DNA of 59,213 nt from Candidatus Parcubacteria bacterium (GCA_023396915.1 JAEWUV010000003.1:1-59213), one strand, 5' to 3'; counted from the first letter of the stretch, positions 7,968 through 17,296 are shown. Translations and numbers: made by a program. The notes: generated from the sequence alone by a model not told the origin.

Positions 7968-8846
7968 TTATTTATTTTTAATTTGGCAGGAGGTGGTGGC
8001 TGGTAAAAATTTTCTAATAGCTGGTAAATATCTTTTATTTTTCTTTTTATAAAGAAAGAAAAATAAAATGATTAGAGTTAGTAAAATTGAAGGGATGAGA
8101 ATGATTAGAAACTCGTGTTGTTGCAAAAAGAGATAGAAGAGAGAGGGTAGGACGTAGATAAGAGTGTTGGATTTGGGTGAATAATTGTTGTCAAATTTGG
8201 CAGTAGCGTAGAGGCGATAATTACTGGCGTAGGCGGTGGGGAGGTTAATACTAAAATTACCAGATTTGTCGGTAGTGGCAGTAACTGAAGGCAGAGAATA
8301 AGCGAGAGCTGGTTTTGGTTTAATGAAGGCAATTAAGTTGGGAAAAAGAGAGAAAGCTTGGGCTGAGCCGTTGACTTTATAAAAACTAATATTTACCTCT
8401 GAATTGGGAATAGCTTGGCCGGAGGCAAGTACGGTGCTGTTGGGGCTAATATTACTTTCTTCTAAGGTTAAGGTTGGAGCCAAAAGAATTGGTCCGATGT
8501 CGGTACTATAGTTGGTTAGTGGTGGGGCTGGGAAACAGGTCGGGGTGGTAGATCGAGAATCGTTATCAAAGGAGTATAAACAAAGGTCGGGAATTTCGAC
8601 TTTGGGAAGAAGAATTTTATCAAAAATAAAATAGCCAGTGTCATCGCTGTAGACGAAAGCATAGACTTCGGAGTTACTTAGTTCGACTTTTGAATTAGGT
8701 GAAGTGTAACCAAAAATAGTGACCTTATTTTCACCAATAGTAGCGGTGACGGTGGTATTGGAAAATGAGTTATAGTCGGTGGCAAATGTGGGAGAGGGAA
8801 TTAAAAATAGAAGTAAAAATAAAAACCACATAAATAAGTTTAACAT
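7968..8846 (-). CDS. Secreted beta-rich protein with C-terminal TM anchor, unknown function
   Basis: Track ORF 7968-8894. The likely start is ATG at 8846 (MLNLFMWFLFLLLFLIPSPTFA signal peptide). C-terminal TM LIILIPSILLTLIILFFFLY followed by KKKNKR. Confidence 0.55.
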   Translation of the reverse strand: MLNLFMWFLFLLLFLIPSPTFATDYNSFSNTTVTATIGENKVTIFGYTSPNSKVELSNSEVYAFVYSDDTGYFIFDKILLPKVEIPDLCLYSFDNDSRSTTPTCFPAPPLTNYSTDIGPILLAPTLTLEESNISPNSTVLASGQAIPNSEVNISFYKVNGSAQAFSLFPNLIAFIKPKPALAYSLPSVTATTDKSGNFSINLPTAYASNYRLYATAKFDNNYSPKSNTLIYVLPSLFYLFLQQHEFLIILIPSILLTLIILFFFLYKKKNKRYLPAIRKFLPATTSCQIKNK

Positions 8847-8880
8847 TGTGATTGTTAGGTTTGTGTTATAATCCGTCGTT

Positions 8881-9483
8881 ATGGAGAGAGACAAACTTAG
8901 TCCTATCTTTTTAAAAGATAGTTTTCAAAGAGCCCAAGCACGTGGAAGAATATTGTCTTTCGGTGATTTTCTTTATGGGGAAGGAGGGTTAGTGGATCAG
9001 AATTGGAGATTGGTGACGATAAAAGGGAGTGTTGATACTCTTGGAGATAAAGATTTCTGGGGCTTAAATCGCTATAAAAATAGTGATGAAACTTTATCAG
9101 GGCCAGTTTTTATAACAACACCTAATGGCGTTGTTAAGGGTGGTATTACCCAGAGAGATTATAAAAGGACAATTAATCATCTTTTTAGTAAAGTAGGTTT
9201 AATTGAATTAAATATAGTTAATGAATCTGTGTTGGATACTCCAATTTATATGTTGGCAAGGTTTAAATCTCACTCTGTTGACGTAACTGTAAGAAATGAA
9301 GGTGTTTATGGATATAAATTGAGTTCGGTATTTGGGTTGATTGAAGGTATTAATTTGGAATTAAATAGAAAATTTAGAAGTTGGTCTGATGTTTGTAGCG
9401 GCCTATCTGTGGAAAATTCAACTGTTCAATGTGACGGAGGTGGTTGGAAATGTTTTAGTGGCCATACAAGGGTTTGTTTTTAA
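8881..9483 (+). CDS. Hypothetical protein with Cys-rich C-terminus; the only plus-strand gene inside the surface locus
   Basis: 200-aa ORF of normal complexity and purine-rich like other plus-strand genes here. It ends QCDGGGWKCFSGHTRVCF. No family recognised. Confidence 0.45.
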   Translation: MERDKLSPIFLKDSFQRAQARGRILSFGDFLYGEGGLVDQNWRLVTIKGSVDTLGDKDFWGLNRYKNSDETLSGPVFITTPNGVVKGGITQRDYKRTINHLFSKVGLIELNIVNESVLDTPIYMLARFKSHSVDVTVRNEGVYGYKLSSVFGLIEGINLELNRKFRSWSDVCSGLSVENSTVQCDGGGWKCFSGHTRVCF

Positions 9484-9496
9484 TTCTAGTTTAATT

Positions 9497-10483
9497 TTAT
9501 TGGTCCTTGTATTTTTTCTTTAATTCTTCGAGTTCTTTTTCCAATTCGGCGACTTCGGTATTGGAAGACTTCTTATTTTTTGGTTTGTTTTTGATGACAG
9601 TGACAAGAGTAAGAATAATAGCAATCGCGGCGAGGATTAGAATAATCAATCTCCATGGAATTACCCAAAAGAAAATAGTGGCGGAAATTAAACCGCCGGC
9701 AGTACCGTAAACAGCATTTAAAGTGGCTTGATAACGACCGAATAACCATTTTTTATTTAAAGTATTTTGAAAATCACGGGTGGTGTAGGGGAAGATATTA
9801 GTTTGGTCTAAAGCTAATTGAGCTGTTTTACCACCAAACCAATTTTTAACGGTAATAGCGCCAACTGGTTGGATATGAATGTCGGAAGAATTTTTAATGG
9901 TGGCTTTAAAATCAATAGGCCCAAATTCGGAAAATTTTGGGGCAGAAAAACTTTGAACTAAAGCGTTTTGATTAATGTCGCCGGGGATAGTGATATAGAC
10001 TAAGGTACCGACATTAGTTTGGATAGAAGCACCGGTAGAATTACCAATATAAGCAGAATCAGGACTATAAACTATGGCGGCGTAGTGTCCGCCGGGAAGA
10101 GCATTTTCAGGTGGAATAACAGTAAAGCTTAAAGCTTTGGTTTCACCTGGTTTTATAGTTAACGAGGTAGTAGAAAGTTGAATCCAAGAGCTGGCCGACC
10201 AACGATTACTGACAGCATCAGAAAGATTGTCAATAAATTGGGGGGTCCCTTGATTGTCAGTAACAATAAAATCACGGGTAGAAATAGTAACTGTTTTAGT
10301 TTCAGTTGATTCGTTTCGGACTTTAATACTTTGGGTATTAGCTTGACCGGCTTTGACTTCGATTTCTGATCTAGGGGGGATAGCTGAAAGGCCGTTAGTA
10401 GTGGTTTGGGCGATTAGTGGTTTATTGAGTAATAAGTAGCTAGTAGTGATTAAGAGTAATTTAATTATTTTGGCAGGTTTCAT
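9497..10483 (-). CDS. Ig-fold surface protein with C-terminal TM anchor and basic/coiled tail, DUF916/DUF3324 (CscA)-like
   Basis: Signal peptide. Motifs: IPPRSEIEVKAGQANTQSIKVRNESTETKTVTIS, LTIKPGETKALSFTVIPPENALPGGHYAAIVYSP, GRYQATLNAVYG. TM WRLIILILAAIAIILTLVTVI followed by KNKPKNKK. The family assignment is from pattern memory. Confidence 0.5.
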   Translation of the reverse strand: MKPAKIIKLLLITTSYLLLNKPLIAQTTTNGLSAIPPRSEIEVKAGQANTQSIKVRNESTETKTVTISTRDFIVTDNQGTPQFIDNLSDAVSNRWSASSWIQLSTTSLTIKPGETKALSFTVIPPENALPGGHYAAIVYSPDSAYIGNSTGASIQTNVGTLVYITIPGDINQNALVQSFSAPKFSEFGPIDFKATIKNSSDIHIQPVGAITVKNWFGGKTAQLALDQTNIFPYTTRDFQNTLNKKWLFGRYQATLNAVYGTAGGLISATIFFWVIPWRLIILILAAIAIILTLVTVIKNKPKNKKSSNTEVAELEKELEELKKKYKDQ

Positions 10484-10498
10484 TATTTAATTTAACAC

Positions 10499-11881
10499 CT
10501 AAAAGGTGGCGGTGGCAATAAAATTAATTTCATTTTGATAAGTACCAGCTGGTTGTTGGGTAGAGATAGTGGTTCGGTAACAAATATAAGCTGAGTCGGT
10601 ATCGGCAGGGGTATTGGTACGACTGAGGATTGATTGAGCTTGAGCATAACCGACACCAAAGGCTTTGTAGTTACCGGCGGTAGTAATACCCAACACGGCG
10701 CCGGCGGAAGTGGAGCCGACTTGCAAAGCATAGCCAAAACCGGAATTAGTTAAAGTGGTCCAGGCGGTATCGGTGGTATAGCTACAAGAACCGTTACAAG
10801 TGGTGTTAGGAATTGTAGTGGAAGTGCCAATCATAGTTAACGGGGCTGATTCAAAAGCTTGGATGACATAACCATTAGCAGCGTTGGTAGTGCATTGAAT
10901 AAATTGAGCTAAATTATTAGCTTGACCCAATGATAATGATCCGAAATTAACGGTAGCGGCAGTGGTGTTAGAGGCGCCATTGCCAATGGCGGTACCGCAA
11001 AGAGTGGTTGCTGGTGTAGTAACGCCGCTGGTACCGACGGAAAAAGTAATGGTTGGATCAACGGTAGCAGTGACACGAACTGATTCAGTAACAACTATTT
11101 TTCCTTGAGTAGTATCTTCATCAATAACGGTATCAGTTGAAGTTAGATGGCGAAGGATGACAGAGTAAGTATCGGCCGAGGCATTGGCTTGACCAACAGT
11201 GTGACCGGAGGCTGGGGCGGGATTTATTAACATAGTACTGCCGGTTCCAATGGTAACGATTCCGGTGGCGCCAGTTCCAACTGGGTTAGTAATTCCGGCA
11301 CCAAGGGCACAAGTGATGGCATGATAAGTATTAGTAGAAACGGTAACAACGCTAAGAGATGGAGTGGCACCCCAGGGACAAGTAATTCCAGCGGTAGTTA
11401 AAGTACCCAAATCAAAACCGGTAGAGTCGGCTGTACCGTCGGAATAATTACTGGAAGCAGCTTTAATTAAAACCTGCCATTTACCTTGAGTAACTGAACT
11501 TTGGGGTTGAAAAGAAACAGTGTGAACAGTTTTTCGGGCAGCTTTGACAACATCGCCGCTATCAGCATCACCACTGAGAAGCGGAGTATTAAGAGAAATA
11601 CCGGTAGTGCCAACTAAACCAGTAACTACATAAGTGCCGGTACCAATAGTTAAAGTATCGCCAATATCCAGGTTGTAATTATTAGTGGTGACATAAGCAA
11701 TAGAATTGCCGGCGGCATTACTGCCGGTTAGAGTATCAGCATAAGAAAGTTGGGCAGAAGAAAGTTGGTCTTTAAAATTAGTTGAAGGGGCGGAGAGAGT
11801 ATTAATAGGATTAATAAGGTAGAAAAAGAAGGGTGAAAAAAAGACCAAACAAAGGATAGTTTTAAATAAGGAACGAGTCAT
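10499..11881 (-). CDS. Secreted beta-rich surface protein, tandem paralog 1; C-terminal module ends AGTYQNEINFIATATF
   Basis: Signal peptide. Alignable along its length with 11942-13375 (QLSSAQLSY, GKWQVLIKA, ITCPW, HAITCAL, LINPAPASGHTVGQANASADTY, VTATVDPTITF, VNFGSLSLGQ, ICYR). Its C-terminal module is shared with 22760-23548. Confidence 0.7.
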   Translation of the reverse strand: MTRSLFKTILCLVFFSPFFFYLINPINTLSAPSTNFKDQLSSAQLSYADTLTGSNAAGNSIAYVTTNNYNLDIGDTLTIGTGTYVVTGLVGTTGISLNTPLLSGDADSGDVVKAARKTVHTVSFQPQSSVTQGKWQVLIKAASSNYSDGTADSTGFDLGTLTTAGITCPWGATPSLSVVTVSTNTYHAITCALGAGITNPVGTGATGIVTIGTGSTMLINPAPASGHTVGQANASADTYSVILRHLTSTDTVIDEDTTQGKIVVTESVRVTATVDPTITFSVGTSGVTTPATTLCGTAIGNGASNTTAATVNFGSLSLGQANNLAQFIQCTTNAANGYVIQAFESAPLTMIGTSTTIPNTTCNGSCSYTTDTAWTTLTNSGFGYALQVGSTSAGAVLGITTAGNYKAFGVGYAQAQSILSRTNTPADTDSAYICYRTTISTQQPAGTYQNEINFIATATF

Positions 11882-11941
11882 ATTTAAATAATTTTATATT
11901 TACAGGATAGAGGTTTTTTGGATATAGTTCAAGTCTTGGTT

Positions 11942-13375
11942 TTAAAAGGTGGCGGTGGCGATGAAATTAATTTGGTTTTGGTAAGTACCGGCTTCTTGAA
12001 AATTACTGGCAGTAACTCGATAACAAATATAAGCCCGGTCTTCGGTGGCCGGGGTGGAAGTTCGATTCATAATGGTTTTGGCATTGGCATAACCTTGACC
12101 AAAAGGTTTGGCGGCGAAACTGGCTCCAGCTTCAAAAGCGACCGGAGAACTACTGATTGATTCGAGTGAATAACCAAATTTAGAACTACTGATGTCGGTA
12201 ACCCAATTAGCGGAGTTGTTAACATCACATGGAGTAGCGGCATCACAGGTGGTATCGGGAATAGTGGTGGCAGTACCACTGGTAATAGTTAATGGGGTGT
12301 TTTCAAAAACTTGGATGGTGTAACCATTAGTAGCGTTGGTGGAACAAGTAAAGCGTTGGGCCAGAGTATTAAATTGACCTAAACTAATAGATCCAAAATT
12401 AACTGAAGTTGCCGTACTATTAGAGGCGCCGCTTGATAAAGTAGTCCCACAACGAGTTAGCCCCGGGGTGCTGGTGCCGATGGCATCAATATAAAAAGTA
12501 ATAGTCGGGTCGATAGTGGCAGTAACTTTGACTGATTCAGTCAGGGCAATTTTACCGATAGTGGTGTCATTACTAATGATGGTGTCGGAAGAATCAGTAT
12601 GACGGATGATAAAAGTATAGGTATCAGCACTGGCATTGGCTTGACCGACAGTATGACTGACGGCAGGGGCGGGATTAATGAGTTTGTTAGTATTACCTAT
12701 AATAATTGTACCGGTAGAACCGGAACCAACTGGATTAGTGCCACCAACAGGTAGAGCACAGGTAATTAAGTGGTATGAATTACTGGAAACTACGGCAGTA
12801 GTACCAACAGAGGCAGTAGCACTCCAGGGACAAGTAATGTCAGAGCTAAGTAGACCGTGAGCATCAAAGCCATTTTGGTCGGGCATACCATCACTATGGC
12901 TTTCGCCGGAAGTGCTGGTAGCTTTGATTAAAACTTGCCATTTACCTTCGGTAACAGAACTAGCGGGGGAGAAAGAAATAGTATGAATAGCCGACCTGGT
13001 GGCAACGGCATAGGCACCTCCAAAAGCGTTATCACTAGAAATACTACTAGTAAGAGAAATACTGTTAGTTCCTCCGGTATCACTAACAACATAATTATTA
13101 GAGCCACCTCCTGTGTTACCAATAGCTAAAGTATCGCCGATAAATAGGTTGTAATTGTTAATTGATGGGGCTGAGCCAGAGCTAGTCATAATGGTAATCA
13201 GAGAACTTCCGGCAGTAGTATCAGCACTAAGACGAGCAAAATAAGAAAGTTGAGCAGAAGATAATTGATCACGGAGATTGGTGACAGGACTGGATTTTAC
13301 AGGTGAAAGGTAGGCGTTAAGAGTTAGACAAAAAACTCCAAGAGAAATAAAAGTTAGTAAAAATATTTTCTTCAC
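11942..13375 (-). CDS. Secreted beta-rich surface protein, tandem paralog 2; C-terminal module ends AGTYQNQINFIATATF
   Basis: Same motif series as 10499-11881, with signal peptide MKKIFLLTFISLGVFCLTLNA. Confidence 0.7.
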   Translation of the reverse strand: MKKIFLLTFISLGVFCLTLNAYLSPVKSSPVTNLRDQLSSAQLSYFARLSADTTAGSSLITIMTSSGSAPSINNYNLFIGDTLAIGNTGGGSNNYVVSDTGGTNSISLTSSISSDNAFGGAYAVATRSAIHTISFSPASSVTEGKWQVLIKATSTSGESHSDGMPDQNGFDAHGLLSSDITCPWSATASVGTTAVVSSNSYHLITCALPVGGTNPVGSGSTGTIIIGNTNKLINPAPAVSHTVGQANASADTYTFIIRHTDSSDTIISNDTTIGKIALTESVKVTATIDPTITFYIDAIGTSTPGLTRCGTTLSSGASNSTATSVNFGSISLGQFNTLAQRFTCSTNATNGYTIQVFENTPLTITSGTATTIPDTTCDAATPCDVNNSANWVTDISSSKFGYSLESISSSPVAFEAGASFAAKPFGQGYANAKTIMNRTSTPATEDRAYICYRVTASNFQEAGTYQNQINFIATATF

Positions 13376-13498
13376 TAGTTAAAGATAGTGTTTTTTAGAG
13401 CTGAATGCAAGAATTTAGGTGTTTTTCTGTATTGAAAAAAGTGCCTGATTATATTAAAGTAGAGACGTTGTTAAATATTATTTTATAGAGGAATTTTT

Positions 13499-16144
13499 AT
13501 GAATAAGTATGTCTACTTTTTCGGTGATGGGAAAGCCGAAGGTAATAAAGATATGAAGTTTATTTTAGGGGGCAAGGGAGCTAATTTGGCAGAAATGACC
13601 AACTTAGGTGTTCCGGTTCCAGCAGGTTTGACAATTTCGGCAGAAGTTTGTCAATACTATTATAGTAATGGAAATAAATATCCAACTGAATTACAAACTC
13701 AGATTGATGAGGGTTTAGAAAAGTTAGAAAAAATTACTGGCAAAAAATTTGGTGATATAGAAAATCCACTTTTAGTATCAGTTAGATCTGGTGCTGCAGT
13801 GTCAATGCCGGGAATGATGGATACTATTTTAAATTTAGGTTTAAACGAAAAAGTAGTTGAAGGAATTGCTAATAAAACAGGGAATGCTCGTTTTGCTTGG
13901 GATTCTTATCGACGTTTTATCCAAATGTACGGAAATGTGGCCGAAGGGGTTGAACACGAGAAATTTGAACATGTAATCGAAGAAGTTAAAGCCAAAAAAG
14001 GTATCAAAGAAGACACAGCCATGAGTGCTGAAGATTGGAAAGAAGTGGTAAAGGGTTATAAAGAAATTTATAAAATTGAAAAAGGAAAAGATTTTCCAAG
14101 TGATCCAAAAGAACAATTACAAGGAGCTATTAATGCCGTTTTTGGTTCTTGGAATAACCCACGGGCTATCATTTATCGACAATTAAACAAAGTTGATGAA
14201 AAGAAAATTTTTGGAACTGCAGTTAATGTCCAATCAATGGTTTTTGGAAACATGGGTGATGATTGTGGAACTGGGGTAGCTTTTACCAGAAATCCATCAA
14301 CTGGTGAAAAAGTTATCATGGGTGAATACTTGATGAATGCTCAGGGTGAAGATGTGGTTGCCGGTATTCGAACTCCAAAACATCTTGAATCTTTGAAAGA
14401 AGATAATGAAGTGGCTTACAAACAACTTTTGGATATTTTTGCCAAGCTTGAAAATCATTATCGAGATATGCAAGATGTGGAGTTTACCATTGAAAACGGT
14501 AAACTTTTCTTGCTTCAAACCAGAAACGGAAAGAGAACAGCTCCAGCTATGGTCAAAATTGCAGTGGACTTAGTCAATGAAAAAATGATTGATGAAAAAA
14601 CTGCTTTAACCAGAATCGAGGCAGATAAACTTGATCAATTACTTCATCCGACTTTAGATCCAAAAGCGAAAGCTGATTTTAAAGTTGTTGCCAAAGGTTT
14701 ACCAGCATCTCCGGGTGCGGCCGCTGGTCAAATAGTTTTTACTGCCGAAGAAGCAGTTAAGTGGGCTGAAGACGGTAAAAAAGTTATTTTGGTCAGAGCT
14801 GAAACTTCTCCAGAAGATTTAGCTGGTATGAATGCTGCCAAAGGTATTTTGACTGCCAGGGGTGGTATGACATCACACGCTGCAGTTGTGGCCAGAGGTA
14901 TGGGTAAATGTTGTGTTTCTGGATGTGGCGATGCTATTGTGATGGAGAAAGCCAAATTGGTAAAAATAGGGGATATTGAACTTAAAGAGGGGGATATTAT
15001 TACTTTGGATGGTTCAACCGGTGAAGTGATTTTAGGACAGGTTCCTACTTTGGAAGCTCAATTGTCAGGTGATTTTGGAACCGTAATGAAATGGGCTGAC
15101 AAGTATCGAAAACTTGGAGTTAGAACTAACGCCGATACTCCAAAGGATGCTAAAACTGCTCGTGAGTTTGGAGCTGAAGGTATTGGTCTTTGTCGAACTG
15201 AACACATGTTTTTTGAAGAAGACAGAATCTTTGCTATTCGTCAGATGATTATTTCTGATACGCTTGAACAAAGAGAAGCCGCTTTGGCAAAAATCTTCCC
15301 AATGCAGAAAAATGATTTCAAACAACTTTTTGAAATCATGAAAGGTCTTCCAGTCAAAATCCGTTTGCTTGATCCACCTTTGCATGAATTCGTACCTCAC
15401 GAAGACAAAGATATCCAAGCTTTGGCTGACGAAATGGGAATTTCTTTTGAAAAACTCAAAGAAAAAGTTGAGTCTCTTCATGAATTTAACCCAATGATGG
15501 GCCACAGAGGATGTCGTTTGGGAATAACTTTTCCGGAAATTAACCAAATGCAGGTAAAAGCTATTATGGCAGCAGCTTGTGAGGTTAGTAAGGAAAGTGG
15601 TAAAAATGTGGTTCCAGAAATCATGATTCCATTAGTCGGTGATGTGGAAGAATTGAAATGGTTAAAAGCCAAATTGATTCCGGTTATCGAGGAAACCATG
15701 AAGGAATATGGAACTGAGCTCAAATATGAGATCGGAACCATGATTGAAATTCCTAGGGCTGCAGTTACAGCTGATGAAATTGCTGCTGAAGCTGAATTCT
15801 TCTCATTTGGAACTAACGATTTAACCCAAATGACTTATGGATTCTCCCGTGATGATGCTGGAAAATTCATCAAAGATTACCTTCGTGAGAAAATTTTAAC
15901 TGAAGATCCATTCAAGAGTGTTGATCAAGTAGGTGTTGGTGGATTGATGAAAATGGCAGTTAAAATGGGACGAGAAGGGAATAAACATTTAAATATTGGT
16001 ATCTGTGGAGAACAAGGTGGAGATCCAGAAACAGTTAAATTCTGTCATAGAATTGGACTAAATTATGTATCTTGCAGTCCTTACCGAGTACCAATTGCTA
16101 GATTGGCTGCGGCACAAGCGGCAGTAGAAGAAGAGAAGAAATAA
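13499..16144 (+). CDS. ppdK: Pyruvate, phosphate dikinase
   Basis: 881 aa. N-terminus YFFGDGKAEGNKDMKFILGGKGANLAEM, phospho-His motif GGMTSHAAVVARGMG, C-terminal PEP-utilising domain GLCRTEHMF, FFSFGTNDLTQ. Confidence 0.95.
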   Translation: MNKYVYFFGDGKAEGNKDMKFILGGKGANLAEMTNLGVPVPAGLTISAEVCQYYYSNGNKYPTELQTQIDEGLEKLEKITGKKFGDIENPLLVSVRSGAAVSMPGMMDTILNLGLNEKVVEGIANKTGNARFAWDSYRRFIQMYGNVAEGVEHEKFEHVIEEVKAKKGIKEDTAMSAEDWKEVVKGYKEIYKIEKGKDFPSDPKEQLQGAINAVFGSWNNPRAIIYRQLNKVDEKKIFGTAVNVQSMVFGNMGDDCGTGVAFTRNPSTGEKVIMGEYLMNAQGEDVVAGIRTPKHLESLKEDNEVAYKQLLDIFAKLENHYRDMQDVEFTIENGKLFLLQTRNGKRTAPAMVKIAVDLVNEKMIDEKTALTRIEADKLDQLLHPTLDPKAKADFKVVAKGLPASPGAAAGQIVFTAEEAVKWAEDGKKVILVRAETSPEDLAGMNAAKGILTARGGMTSHAAVVARGMGKCCVSGCGDAIVMEKAKLVKIGDIELKEGDIITLDGSTGEVILGQVPTLEAQLSGDFGTVMKWADKYRKLGVRTNADTPKDAKTAREFGAEGIGLCRTEHMFFEEDRIFAIRQMIISDTLEQREAALAKIFPMQKNDFKQLFEIMKGLPVKIRLLDPPLHEFVPHEDKDIQALADEMGISFEKLKEKVESLHEFNPMMGHRGCRLGITFPEINQMQVKAIMAAACEVSKESGKNVVPEIMIPLVGDVEELKWLKAKLIPVIEETMKEYGTELKYEIGTMIEIPRAAVTADEIAAEAEFFSFGTNDLTQMTYGFSRDDAGKFIKDYLREKILTEDPFKSVDQVGVGGLMKMAVKMGREGNKHLNIGICGEQGGDPETVKFCHRIGLNYVSCSPYRVPIARLAAAQAAVEEEKK

Positions 16145-16168
16145 AAAACTTTTCTTGGAAAGAAATTT

Positions 16169-16195
16169 AAACCCCGTCGAAAGGCGGGGTTTTTG
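16169..16195. terminator. Rho-independent terminator hairpin shared by convergent ppdK and the small minus-strand ORF
   Basis: aaACCCCGtcgaaaggCGGGGTtttt, 25 nt after the ppdK stop. Confidence 0.7.
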
Positions 16196-16196
16196 G

Positions 16197-16322
16197 TTAA
16201 ATCTGATTAAGAATTTCTTTAGTCAGATGAAAAGACAAAACATCTCCACATTTAGTCTTTTTAATAAAAGCGTTTTTAGTATCTACTTTTATTTTTATTA
16301 TTTTTTTATTTTTTGGTTTCAT
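16197..16322 (-). CDS. Small basic protein, 41 aa (below the ORF-track cutoff)
   Basis: ATG at 16322 is preceded by aaaggaggtaaatatactt (AGGAGG SD, rare in this window). Translation: MKPKNKKIIKIKVDTKNAFIKKTKCGDVLSFHLTKEILNQI. The stop abuts the terminator. Confidence 0.35.
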   Translation of the reverse strand: MKPKNKKIIKIKVDTKNAFIKKTKCGDVLSFHLTKEILNQI

Positions 16323-16382
16323 AAGTATATTTACCTCCTTTTATATAGATGTTATTCAAAACAAACGACGGTTTGCAACTAA

Positions 16383-16494
16383 GTTTAAATCCCTCTCGTC
16401 CCGCGGTCGCGGGACGTTTCTCCCTTTGACAAAAGGGAGATTTAAACTTTTTACCCCTCCTTTCCTCAAAGGAGGGGTGAGGGGTGGATTTGAA
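16383..16494. repeat. Family-P composite repeat (three hairpins) directly upstream of a DUF559 gene
   Basis: GTCCCGCggtcGCGGGAC, CTCCCTTTgacaAAAGGGAG, CCCCTCCTTTcctcAAAGGAGGGG. The first two units are nearly the reverse complement of 23478-23536. Confidence 0.85.
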
Positions 16495-16511
16495 ATGAGA
16501 TAAACTTATTT

Positions 16512-16898
16512 ATGAAATATTTGGCACCGGAGGAATTTAGGACTAAACGAGGTAATTTAAAGTATTTGGACGAGTTAAGACAGTTGGCAAGAGATAACAG
16601 GAATAACCCGACAGAAGCAGAAAAAGTAATGTGGAGTATTTTAAAAAATAAACAATTAGGTTTTTTATTCTTGCGTCAGAAACCAATGGGGAAATTTATT
16701 TTAGATTTTTATTGTTCCAAATTAATGTTGGCAATAGAAGTCGATGGTGATTCGCATGATAATAAAAAGTATTTAGACAAACAAAGAGATTTATATTTAG
16801 AACAAAGGGGCATTAAAACTATTCGTTTTACTAATGAGGAAATATTAGATGATATAGAAAAGGTGAAAGCAATTTTAGGAAGGGTCTTAGACTTATAA
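16512..16898 (+). CDS. DUF559 endonuclease-domain protein (Vsr-like fold)
   Basis: NPTEAEKVMWSILKNKQLGFLFLRQKPMGKFILDFYCSKLMLAIEVDGDSHD...RDLYLEQRGIKTIRFTNEEIL. Confidence 0.85.
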   Translation: MKYLAPEEFRTKRGNLKYLDELRQLARDNRNNPTEAEKVMWSILKNKQLGFLFLRQKPMGKFILDFYCSKLMLAIEVDGDSHDNKKYLDKQRDLYLEQRGIKTIRFTNEEILDDIEKVKAILGRVLDL

Positions 16899-16937
16899 TA
16901 TTGACTATTTAATATTTTTGATATAGAATGATGGTCT

Positions 16938-17267
16938 ATGGCAGATAAAGATAATGAAGATTTAAAAAATTTTGTACCTGGTAGTTCTGAGGTATTGGTT
17001 GATAGTCCTATTCAACGTTGGAAAAGAGAAAACCTATTAGGGAGTGATGAAGATACATTAGCCAAAGCTGGTAGTCCGGATTATGATGGAGTATATGGTG
17101 AGATAATTCCAAGAGGGGACGTTTCTGCACCGGAAATAGAGAAAAAACCTTTGAGTGAAAATGATGTTCAAGGAATATTGGATTCAGCTAGAGGAGAAAG
17201 TCCAGTTGTTCAAGCTGGTCTTGATATGGTTGCTGGTAAAGGTGGACAACGTCCAAGTGATAGATAG
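16938..17267 (+). CDS. Hypothetical acidic, probably disordered protein
   Basis: 109-aa ORF rich in D/E/G/S/P. No motif recognised. Confidence 0.35.
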   Translation: MADKDNEDLKNFVPGSSEVLVDSPIQRWKRENLLGSDEDTLAKAGSPDYDGVYGEIIPRGDVSAPEIEKKPLSENDVQGILDSARGESPVVQAGLDMVAGKGGQRPSDR

Positions 17268-17296
17268 ATTTTGGATTTTTGTTTTATAATGGTTTT

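Noticed and set aside
8881-8894. Overlap of divergent starts of 7968-8894 (-) and 8881-9483 (+)
   Set aside because: The minus ORF's TTG start at 8894 adds 16 residues before an obvious signal peptide. The ATG at 8846 removes the overlap.
13841-15741. Antisense ORFs within ppdK (13841-14116, 14297-14518, 14728-14955, 15065-15547, 15478-15741)
   Set aside because: They are embedded in an unmistakable 881-aa PPDK gene. They are F/K/I-rich antisense artefacts of an AT-rich coding sequence.
16155-16382. Plus-strand 75-aa ORF after ppdK
   Set aside because: It starts inside the terminator hairpin and has a highly repetitive F/Y/I-rich tail. The minus-strand 41-aa ORF with an SD explains the region better.
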